Shown here in pieces: positions 37,693-48,250 of a DNA stretch of 64,000 bases. The position numbers and the translations under genes are program-made. The DNA is taken from positions 59,520,001 through 59,584,000 of the forward strand of contig OZ241828.1 of the NCBI GenBank assembly GCA_965202585.1. The letters run 5' to 3'. The stretch comes from Thalia democratica (taxonomy: Eukaryota). The first letter of the stretch is position 1. Each line of letters begins with the position of its first letter. Below the pieces are notes generated by a model. The model had not been told where the DNA came from and made no database searches. It was given only the letters and a program-made list of their open reading frames with translations.

Positions 37693-38970
37693 GTATATGT
37701 TTGTATCAGAAACTTTTTACAAAAATTAAATTATCTCAACAACTAAAAAATATTTTTTAATTCTATAAAAACTAGCTTGTAGTATGTAGTTGAAAGCTTT
37801 CATGTAAAAATTTTTTTTTTAATGTTTGATTTTCCCTATGCCCTTAAGCTTATTTTGTTATTGCAAGTTTGGTAAAAGCTTAAGTTAGATTTTCATTAAG
37901 CCTGGGTATCTTGTGTTTAAATTTATTTAAACAAACAAAAAATTGAAATTTTTAGTTCTAACAAATTTAATTTTGAAACCTTGAACTACGAAGGATCATT
38001 ACTTCTGGCTTACATTTAGAGCTTAGAAAAACATTTTTAGAAAAGCAATTTGATATAGCTCAAAAATCATAAAAATCAAGAAATAACATAGAAATTTGTC
38101 TTTTTTGTAAAGTGCTGGGCCAACCTTTAAATTTATATACAATATTTACAAATATATTGGCTTAATGTTTAATAATGAATTCATTATTGTAATTATCTTA
38201 GAAGTTCAAGTGTTTGATATAATTTTCAATGAACTGGTTATCATCTTTTTTTGTCCAGTACAACAGATTGCAGTAGTTTTAGCTTTCATACATGCAGTTT
38301 TGCAACACACTCAGGATAACTCGGGCTAGTTTGATTTTTTTAACAACTCAAGTTAACTCAAGCAAGTTAAGAATTTAAAAAAAAACTCATGATTTAATTT
38401 TCTGGAAATCTTAGGTATAGATCTGAGATCTAGTTTAAGCTTAAATATGTTGATATTTTATAACTAATTTTGTTGATAATCTTGTATTTTATTATTTTTG
38501 TTTTTTATATTTGAAAACACTTAGTACGACTTCAGACAGTTTAAGGTCACAAAAGACAGTTTTTTTACTCAAAAAGTGGTAACCCCAAAAAGTGGTTGTA
38601 TATGATAAAGGAATATAATGACTATGAGTCATTTTTAAACATAAAACTAAAAGTTAGTTTTTAGATCTTAGTTTTTAAATTAAGGTTGCCACACACCAAG
38701 GATACTGAGTTATACTCAAGATAACTAAGAACATTTTTTTTAAACTCATACTGACTCAGGATAACTCAGCCTAGTTTTTTATCTCAGGATAACTCATGCC
38801 AGTTTGTATTTTTTGTAAAAAACTCAAAATAGTTATAATAATTTTGAATATCTTAGTCATTTTTTAGATCTCTAATGAGATTTTGTGGTTTCAGTTTTGA
38901 AATATTTTTGATATTTTAAAATTATATAAGAAACCGCTTGGTTAATGTCATAGCAGTTTTTTGCAACTAT

Positions 38971-39013
38971 GCCTGCATGATGAGTCCTAAAAAAGACGAA
39001 ACTGGTCGTAGGT
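38971..39013 (+). ncRNA. Decayed minimal type I hammerhead ribozyme
   Basis: GCCTGC-ATGATGA-GTC CTAAAAAA GAC-GAAA-CTGG-TC-GTAGGT. Stems I and II pair, the GAAA core and GUC triplet are present. C3 is changed to A, and the loop III palindrome ACCGGT has decayed to ACTGGT. Confidence 0.6.
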
Positions 39014-39646
39014 TGTCTTGGATGCTGTTATTGTTGGTCGTGCAGTGAAGTCATTGTTTATTATGATATTTTATAACAAATTTCTTATTTGGTTATGACA
39101 AGATTTATAAATAATTCTCAAATTGGTCCAGGACACAGTCAATTGTTTTTACTTGTGATTTTTTTTCCTGCGTCAATAGTTACAAAAAAATAAATAAACA
39201 ATGGTTTAAAAATATTGTTTTTGAATGTTTTACTTAGGTTTTGTTAAAAAAAATAGTTATTTTTATTCATCGATAATACAATTTCTTTAAAATAATAAGT
39301 TTGTAAAATACAGTTTCTTATTAATATAGGTTTTTGTAATTACTGTAAGTATTGTTTAAAAAAGTTTTTATTCTTATTTCGCCGATAGCAGTAATAATTT
39401 ATTAACAATAACTTACATCAAACAGTTCTTTACTTAGACAGTTTTTAATTTAAAGTTTATATCGGTAAAGTGTTTGTTTTTGTATTCATTTCATTTGGAT
39501 TTAATTTTACATACAAAAATATCATTATAATGTAAAAAATTGTCTAGCTTTAAAAAATTTGATTTTATACACAGTTTTGAACTACTATGTCATAATATAT
39601 CTTTATTTACTTAGTTGCATGAATGTGTTTTAGTTCTGCTAGTTTA

Positions 39647-39690
39647 AAGTTCACTTATGAAGGACTGTTGTCCGGAATCGATTTGAACTT
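39647..39690 (+). ncRNA. Possible heavily decayed minimal hammerhead
   Basis: AAGTTCA-CTTATGA-A-GGAC TGTT GTCC-GGA-ATCGAT-T-TGAACTT. Perfect 7-bp stem I, 4-bp stem II and palindromic ATCGAT, but about three core deviations. Confidence 0.4.
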
Positions 39691-40354
39691 GTATGCAATA
39701 AACTTGTGGATTTTTAAACCATCGTTTATTTATTTTTTTTGTAATTTTTTGGTTATGAAAAGTTAAATGTAATATTAAAATAATTTATTTAAGACTTTTT
39801 TCAGGATTATAAAAAACTCAGGACAACTTAGGACAGTAAAGATCTCTAAGGGTATTTTTTGCCACTTACAACAGGTTTATGCAATTATAATTTTAATTAA
39901 ACTTTAATATAGTTGCTTAAAATTGGTTTTATCTTATTATTTACATTTCTATTTTCTAATTTTGTTGCACAACTTTGTAAGTATCCTAAAACTAAAGTAA
40001 CAACCAGATTAACAGAATAATTTAGTAAACTTTGATTCTTACTTTTGCAATATACTTTTCTTATTAATATTAGCACAATTTTTTCAACAATAATTTATTT
40101 AAGTAGCTTATATATTTCAAACATTTAGTATATCAAACTAATTTTCTTAACATTTTGAACACATTGGTTGTTTAAAGAAATCTTATATCAAAAACCAAAT
40201 GTAATTAATATTATTTAATTCTACAGAACTTATTGTTAAGAAGATCAAAAGTAAAAAAATAACTTTGATCAACTGTTGAACCTGAGACACTAACCATTGA
40301 AGCTTAAACAAAATTTAATTATCAGTTAATTACCAAACATTTAGAATTTTAAAA

Positions 40355-41715
40355 ATGGCTGACATAAGGCTATCAACTTTTGTTGGAGAAACGCCCACAG
40401 GCGAAACTCTCCGATTGCTGACACCTGAAAAATATGCTCAACTTCAAGACCATTGTAAGGAGCTTCAGTTTCTTGTTGGAAAAACACCTCGGTCAACTTC
40501 AGGAGCAGAGACACTTCAATTCAGTGCAATTGACAAGCCAGCTCAGCCTTCAGTCCCTGGTCAACTGTTTCAAACAGGGGAATCTCCCCAACTCGCAACT
40601 GACAAACAGAACCAGATGATGGAAACAATCACCAAGTTGTCAGACATGGAGGGCCTTGCGGTTTCTGTGGGTAAAACTATGACTGGCACCGTAGTGAGCG
40701 GGCTGGGGTTCCTTGCCGGTGGTTTAGTTGGAGGGCGCTATGGAGCAATGCTAGGTTAGATATTAGGTATTGAGAATATTTATTTGAAGATATTACTACA
40801 CTTTATAATATAACTTGGTTTGTCTTTTACATTATAAAACTCCTAATCTGAATTTTAGAATTAAATTTTTATTTTTGTTTCTATAAGTCTATTTACATTT
40901 AACAAAACTATTTCAAATTTTACTAACTTTAGTTTGATAAACTTTACTAGGTAGTGCAGCTGCAGGCTTGGCAATAACAGGTGTTTGGTCGCGTGAAAAA
41001 CATGAATCACTGATTGATGTCATAAAGAAACTTCCCAGTAAAAAGTTTGTTATTTTACTTTTGTTTAAAATTCAAGTTTTATTAATCTAGATACTATTTG
41101 TGCAAATTTTTTAATCTACTTATTGTAAAACATTTCCTTTTTATTTGTATCAAGGCCGTAGTGGGGTCCAAATTTTTTTACATACAAAATTTAGCATTAA
41201 CTTTTATTTCAAGCTTAATGTATAAGCTATAATTTACTGTTTATAAAATTCGAGATATAGTCTGTTTTGTAAACATTATCATAAACATTATAATGGAAAT
41301 ATCAGTACAATTGAAATAGAAAAAGCATTGTTTTTTTTTTCAAATCTAAATTTAGAAGGACTCAAGTTTAAAATAATTGTTCCTTGCATACTTATAAAAA
41401 CTATAATGTATACTTTTTAAATAAAAAAGTATTTTTTTCAAAACTAAAACAGCTGTATAACAAATATTTTCTGTTATAACTAAATTCTACTTCACAAACA
41501 AACTATATAACAGAAAATCAGAGCTACTCTTCCTATTGTGGGAAGCAATCAGGCCACTGTTAGTTGAATTCGCATTTGAACAAGGAGCCAGAATTGTACA
41601 TTTGCTGAGTAATTCACAATTCAAACAGAAACTTGTGAAAAGTATTAAGGCTTGTTGTAAGATAGTAGCTAATCTGACAGTTGTTAAAATTAATAACAAA
41701 ATAAAAGTTTCTTAA
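40355..41715 (+). CDS. C19orf12/Nazo-like small membrane protein with an N-terminal extension; exons 40355-40754, 40951-41044, 41514-41715
   Basis: MMETITKLSDMEGLAVSVGKTMTGTVVSGLGFLAGGLVGGRYGAMLGSAAAGLAITGVWSREKHESLIDVIKKLPSKKKSELL... aligns by eye with human C19orf12 (glycine-zipper GGLVGG hairpin followed by the PQILMELP-like helix). Junctions are in phase. Confidence 0.78.
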
Positions 41716-43380
41716 AACTGCTGTTTGAAGTCTTTTAGTTGGACTCTAATTTAAATTTGTGTTAAAAAATATTTCTGTCTCGAAAAAATCATTACTATTT
41801 TTTCGTTAAACTATATTTTCAATGTCTTTTTTATTTGAGAGAGATTTTTCTGTACTCAAAGTGCTGTAACTTGCTATTTAGTTCCTTTTTCACGTTTTGA
41901 TTATTAAAACTTTTTATTATTAAAAGTTAGCTGAGCACTTATAAATGCCAAGTTATCTGCCTTTTTTTTAATTTAAATTTTTCCAATCACTAAAAGTTAT
42001 AATCATTTTAATTGTACCCATTTCTTCAATGAAGTTTGCATTGTTTTAAAAAGATAGACTTTAGATGCATTTTCTCTATATGTTGTTTTTATACTAAGTG
42101 CTCTTTGTATTTTAATGTTTTAATCAAATAATACTTTTCTGAAATTTAAGCGTTGTGTTCTGTATCAAAAAAATTGCAAAAATTTTATTTTAATTCGGTC
42201 TCATTATTTTGGTATTTTTAGGTACATAAGCTTTTTTTTTTAATTTTGCGTTCATACTAATTTTTTTTAATACCTCCAAAACTCAATGCTAGTTTTATGT
42301 AACTCAGGTTAGTTTTTGGTCACTTAGGCAGACTTTTTTGATTTGAAGAGTTGCAACCCTGTTTATCATCTTTATCTTATATTTATTATATATCTTATAT
42401 TATATGTTGATCTTATATCATCTACATATACTGAATGCATTGAGATTTTTTCAAGTTTAGTTATTAACCCTTACTTTTAAAAAACTAAACATTGAAAAAA
42501 ATTTAATTTGAAATGTAATATTATATTTTATTAAAATGTTCTTTTTTTTGGTAAAGTTGCAAGGGTCTATATATAAAAGTTTCCAAAAAAACTAAATGAA
42601 AATAACATTTTTACTATAAAATTAACCTCACCGTTAATAAATGTTCTATTTTTTAGAACTTTTTGTGCTCACTTTTAAAATACTTTTGTCAAATCGATTA
42701 TCTAAATATACTAGGGTTGTCAAAAAACTATGTTTACATGTAAAGTAACAAAGTTCCAATTAGATACAATAAATCTATCTTAGAATTAATTGTTTTTTTG
42801 TATCACTAATTTTTTTCTTTAAAAGTACCATAAAGTATGTATTTAATGTTTAACTATTTAAGACAGTTTTTTACCTTAAATTTATACTAATAATAAAGCA
42901 AAAAATTTGTTCTTTCAAAAACCTGGAAGAAATTTTCGAAAAGTTATTGGCAAACATGATTGAGGTTAATCTGGAACCAGATAGGAACTTTTTCTAAATC
43001 AAGTTCCGGTCAGAACCGGATTCAAATATAAATTTTAATCAAAATGTGGTTAGATTCATAGGTTAAAAAATATGGCCGGATCCGGTAGAACACCACCTCA
43101 AAACCGTGTAAGCTTGAATATAAAATTTTACAAAATAAAAACTTTTAATGTGTATAGAAAAATAATGTTTTCAATGGAATATTTCCAAAGTGAAAACTGC
43201 GTAAAGTGTTACATGTTCAATTGTTTTAATAATTTAATGAAACTGTTGTAAAATATTTTAGTTAACGTGTTATAAATCTTGTTTAAATTTTCAACAAAGG
43301 TTTTTTTTGTCGTTTTAACATGCTGAGCTAGCTTTTGTTCTACCTATAATAGTAATAAAGTTTAAATATTTAAATAGTTG

Positions 43381-43500
43381 TTTAGTGAACGACAAAAAAC
43401 GCTCGTAAAGTTTGGTCCTAGGACCTGGTGCACGAAGAACCTTTCGGTTATCGAGTCGCACACCGCTTGGATACAGTTTAACGTCTTGTCCAGGACTAAA
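43381..43500 (-). repeat. Best-preserved copy of the CTCGATAAC structured repeat
   Basis: Reverse complement: AGTCCTGGACAAGACGTTAAACTGTATCCAAGCGGTGTGCGACTCGATAACCGAAAGGTTCTTCGTGCACCAGGTCCTAGGACCAAACTTTACGAGCGTTTTTTGTCGTTCA. Confidence 0.85.
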
Positions 43501-44107
43501 ACTTTTTCAGTGAAGCGTATTAAAGTTATCCGAATTGATACTTATAATAAAGCAGTTAATGAAAGGTAAACAGGTTTTGAAACTATAAACTTAATAGAAT
43601 AAATGAAATGGTGTTTTGAATACTTTTAACTCTGACTTTATGTTTAATCCGTTTTTATTAAGTATTTATATTGCATGACATGAAAAAAATTGAAATTGTT
43701 ATTCAATGAAAAGATTTAAACACCTTCAAGTTTTTACAACCAGTTTTAAACAATCTGAGCAAAATTAATTTTAACTTTATTACCGTAGCACTGAAAAAGT
43801 TATTTTTACTGACAATTCGAACAACTTCTAACCAGTATTTATAAAAGTTACAAGCAGAGTAAAAACTTTAGAACACAATTATTTTGACTCAACTTAAATT
43901 GAGCTGCTAACAACTAAAGTAGAACAGAAACTTTTTCCATCCAGTTTAATTGAGAGTTAAAAAAGTTCCGTAAGTCTTTTTACCATTATTAAAAATATTC
44001 TTATCCTGATTATAATAATTAGAATGACTTATTTTATTGTAAAACAACCGTTTTACTAAAAAATGTTATATATTAAATATTCTTACACTTTTAATTAACC
44101 TTATACT

Positions 44108-44235
44108 GTTTATTGAACGACAAAAAAAAATTGCTCAAAATATTTGGTCCTAGGACACGGTGCTCCAAAAATTTTTCGGTTATCGAGTCGCACACCGCTT
44201 AGATACAGTTTAACGTATTGTACAGGACAACAACT
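44108..44235 (-). repeat. Copy of the CTCGATAAC structured repeat
   Basis: TTGGTCCTAGGACACGGTGCTCC...TTTCGGTTATCGAGTCGCACACCGCTTAGATACAGTTTAACG. Confidence 0.85.
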
Positions 44236-44871
44236 ACTTTGAATTTAACATGTTAGTTTTTACATGAATATTTTTATAAATGTGATAAAAATTCTCTGAT
44301 TCTCTAAACAGTAAAGGTAAAACAACTCTTTTATACAATAAATTATAACTCTTTTGTATTAGAATTTATACTTAGTATGGACTATGGAATTTATTAACAA
44401 CATATATCTGTTGAACATTTTTTATTTAATTATTTTCTTTTTTTAATTGTAAAAACTACTTCATTCATTTACACTGTTATAAAAGACTCTTTTATGTACC
44501 TAAATACTTTTCATATCTTGTAACTAATTATGTTTTGGTTTGCTCTACTTTATCTTTGTATTTTGGAAAAAAGCCTGTTTTTTTTAATTGAGCTAGTGTT
44601 AACTTTTAAAATACAAGCCTTTGTTTGCCCCAGTGTAAGTAAAACAAAACTCTAAGTCAAATTTGTTTGACTTATTTTATTTTTAAAACACTTTTTCATT
44701 ACTAGATGTAAGTTCACTTACTCGTTTTTTTTTACTAATAATATTGATTCTTTTTAGTTTCAGCTGAAAAAGCTTTTCATATTTTTTAAAATGTATTTCT
44801 CAGATTTAACTTACAGTCAATCTGAGTGAAACTTGGTTTTATAAAAATTTATAAATTAACAAATCTCAGAT

Positions 44872-45297
44872 GGGTGCACGACTATTCAAATTCGGACAAT
44901 TCAAATTCCGACAATTCAAATTCTTAAAAAAAAAATTGAAAGGGCCACAACTAAAAAAGTAATGTATATTTGTCAAATATAAAAAATACATATGTAAGTC
45001 CTATTAATATCTTCAAGCAATTTTTTTCTTTTTGCAAAACATTGAATACTTTTTGGTATATGGTTTAAATAAAGTAAAAAACATAGTTATTTTTAGTAGT
45101 TTTAAAATATCTTAAAAAGTATTTAAGATTTTGCAAAAAATAAAAAGTGGCTTGTAAATATTAATAAGGTCTACATAAACATTTTTTATTTTTCTCAAAT
45201 TTCAATTATTTTTTGAGATATAGTCTTCTAATTGTTTTTTTTTAAGAATTTGAGTTGTCGGAATTTGAATTGTCCGAATTTGAATTGTCATGTAACC
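44872..45297. mobile_element. Mutator-like (MULE-type) MITE, 426 bp
   Basis: Perfect 9-bp TSD ATCTCAGAT at 44863-44871 and 45298-45306. About 60-bp TIRs starting GG, with internal GACAATTCAAATTC repeats. Confidence 0.85.
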
Positions 45298-48124
45298 ATC
45301 TCAGATTGTTCCTCGTTTACTTTTTAGATTTTATACATAACTGAAAGTTTTGTAAACTGCAACAAATTTCAAAAACTACCTAGTATACAGTTATCACTTA
45401 TAACAGATTTATTATAGAAAAACAAGCTTAAACACTAAAAACTTGTTTAACTTTATTTTAATCTCTTTTTTAAATTATTTAATTTATGTTACTTAACTTT
45501 AGCAATTTCCATTACATAAATAGCTAGAGTTTTATTGTTACAACTTTTTATAATGCATTGCAAGCAGCCTCCTTTTTTTTAGCAACTTCTTTCGAAAATT
45601 AACATTAATTTGTTGTATTATTTTTAGTTGTCAAGGTTTATAAATAGTTTTTCATAAATTGTTAATTCAATAAGAGCGTGATAGTTCTTAATTATTTTTT
45701 TCTGAAAATCCGTATAACAGTAATAAAAGAACCAACTATTTTTCGTGGAAACATTTTTTCATAGCAGTTTGCCTGTCAAGTGTTTTTTATCAGATAGAGA
45801 ATTTTGGTTAATTTGTAGAAATCTCATAAGAATGCTAACTGACTAATATACTACACAGTTAAGTTGAAAATATTTGAATTATGCAAAACCTAACATACTT
45901 TATTTTACGGCAGTTGATTATTAAACCTGAAAAGGTTCCTATTTGCTACAAAACTAGATTCGTGCTTTTAATTTGTTACTTTTTACAAATTACAATAAAC
46001 AAAAAAGTGTTAGTTTCTACTTGTGTTTTTTAATAAAGCAGTAAAGTAGAAATCATTCAAATTCAGCACACTATATATTTTTTCAGTTCGCCTATTTACT
46101 CTATTTATTGTAGTCTTAAAGTTATTCTGCTATTCACAGCTCTAATAAAACATAAATCGCTTCCATTTCATAATAAACTTTACAATACTTTTTTCTTTGG
46201 TACTTATTGTTGAAAACAAATAAGACAGCAAAAATATATCCAAAAAAAATTTTTGTTTTATTAGAAAAAAGAATGTTAACAGAAGCAGTAAAAACAAGTT
46301 TAAGTAAGTTTTAAATTTAAACAGACAAAAAGGTATATTTTGAAAAATACAAACCTTATACACGGTTAGCTTCTATTTAAAAACATTTCATTTCGAACCT
46401 AAATTGTAAAAACTAAGACTTTTGCTTCTATGTTATTCATGCATTTTTTGAAATAATAATTTTACTTTGTAAAGTTATTTTTTGCAAAAAACTTTTACGG
46501 CTTTTATTCAGTTAATTATACTTATTGACACTCTTTTCATAAAAACAAAATCGTAGTTTATTGAAACTTTTAGTTTATAAAATGTACATTCTGTAACTTG
46601 TACGTTAATCAACGTGTATTAACAAGTTTTCCAGATCTTACTTAGTATAGCTTTTAATTTATTTTTTTATTAACTTGAATTTTTATAGAATTTAAATTTT
46701 GTTGTAATTTTTAGTAAATATTAATAAATTTTCTTTAATAGATTTTTATCAAAAGCATAATATTACAATCTAAATTTTTTTATAGTTTTAAATGTAGTAT
46801 GTAAATTTAAATTAAGGCTACACTAGTGCTTTTTTAACCTCATAATATAAATAAAATTAAAGTTTTTTCATAACGGAGTATATTAAAAAGCATCTTTGAT
46901 TATTTATAACTAACCAAAAATATTAAAAAGAATGATTATACGATTTATTTATCTTGCCTAGCTTACATAATGTTACTAAAATACAAAGAAATATTTTTTT
47001 TTACTTTTTTTCAGATTTAAATAAGTATAAAAAATGATAATCATTTAGAATCAACATGTTTGCTATTAATAAACTTCTATAAGTATAAACAAAGTATTTC
47101 TTTTAAAGTTTTAAATAACACTTACACAAATTAATTTAAGTTTGCCTTTAGAAAAACATTGTTTAAGTATTATTTAAAGCAAAAAGATTAGGCATTTATC
47201 CCACTAAGATCTACTTGTTGTATATCAGTCTGTACTATACACTAGGTGTCGACAAACTGTTGCCCATGAAAATATCGGGCCAACGACGTTGTTTATAGCT
47301 TGAAAGCAACTTTGGCAAAATACGCAGGTTTGAGCGGTTTTAGAACAATTACTTACAAATATATCCTAACTCAATTTTTTGTAGGTAGACAGTAATGCTT
47401 ATTAAATATGATTTTTTTACAATTGTTTTTTAGTTCTGTTAGTAGTTCTAAATTGCGCTATGTCGACACACAAACACTTTTTCCAACAAAGCCTTAAAAC
47501 AAAAGTTTTTTCCAGTAAATCTAGCTGGTTACTCGTTAAAGGCCGCGGACCAGAACTATCACTAACAAACATAAAACTATAAAATTTAGAGGACTTTTAC
47601 AGAGTTAAACATTAAAACTTTGAAATCAGTTGTCCAATGCATACTGCTTTAAATAAAAAAAGTTCACTAAACTATACAATAACTAGTCAATATTTATAAT
47701 TATTGCTCACAAAAAAATCTAAAAACACTAACAATGCTTCAATTAGTTGGCGAGTAACTTGAAATAAAAAGAAAGTTTCTAAGTTTTTTGTCGTTTAATC
47801 CACCTTTTGTGATCATTTAAGTAATGTTAACTCTAAATTATACATAACTAAGTAAGTTTTTATAAATATACAAAATACTTTATTTTGTTATTCCACAACT
47901 GATTTTTAAATTACATATGTGTTATATACAATTTATATTACTTGTTGTACGTATGACTTCGAACTGTTAACACTTTTCCTAAAAAGCTTTTGTAACGATA
48001 CTTTTGAAGAACAGATACAATAAAAAAGTTTCTATGAATTATTTAAGTTTGGTTATAACATGAAAAGTAAAAGTTAATCTCAAATTAATGAAGGAAAAAG
48101 TTTTATTAAATTTAATTATTAAAA

Positions 48125-48250
48125 TATAGTGTACTGGACAAGATGTTAAAAGGCATACAAGTGGTGTGCGACTCGATAACCGAAAGGTTTTTTCGTGCAC
48201 CAGGTCCTAGGACCAAATATTTTGAGTATTTATTTTGTTGTTCAATAAAC
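48125..48250 (+). repeat. Copy of the CTCGATAAC structured repeat
   Basis: GGTGTGCGACTCGATAACCGAAAGGTTTTTTCGTGCACCAGGTCCTAGGACCAAATATTTTGAG...GTTCAATAAAC. Confidence 0.85.

Noticed and set aside
38681-42361. Possible hAT ends (TAAGGTTGCCAC ... GTTGCAACCCTG) enclosing the C19orf12-like gene, suggesting gene capture
   Set aside because: Flanks match only 5/8 as a TSD, and several other fragments of the same AACTCAGGATAACTCAG family lie nearby (about 38300 and 39810). Independent insertions explain it.
43455-43490. Resemblance of ACGTTAAA...CCAAGCG in the CTCGATAAC repeat to the pistol ribozyme
   Set aside because: The P1/pseudoknot pairing is not conserved across copies, and the segment is too short to hold P2 and the catalytic loop.
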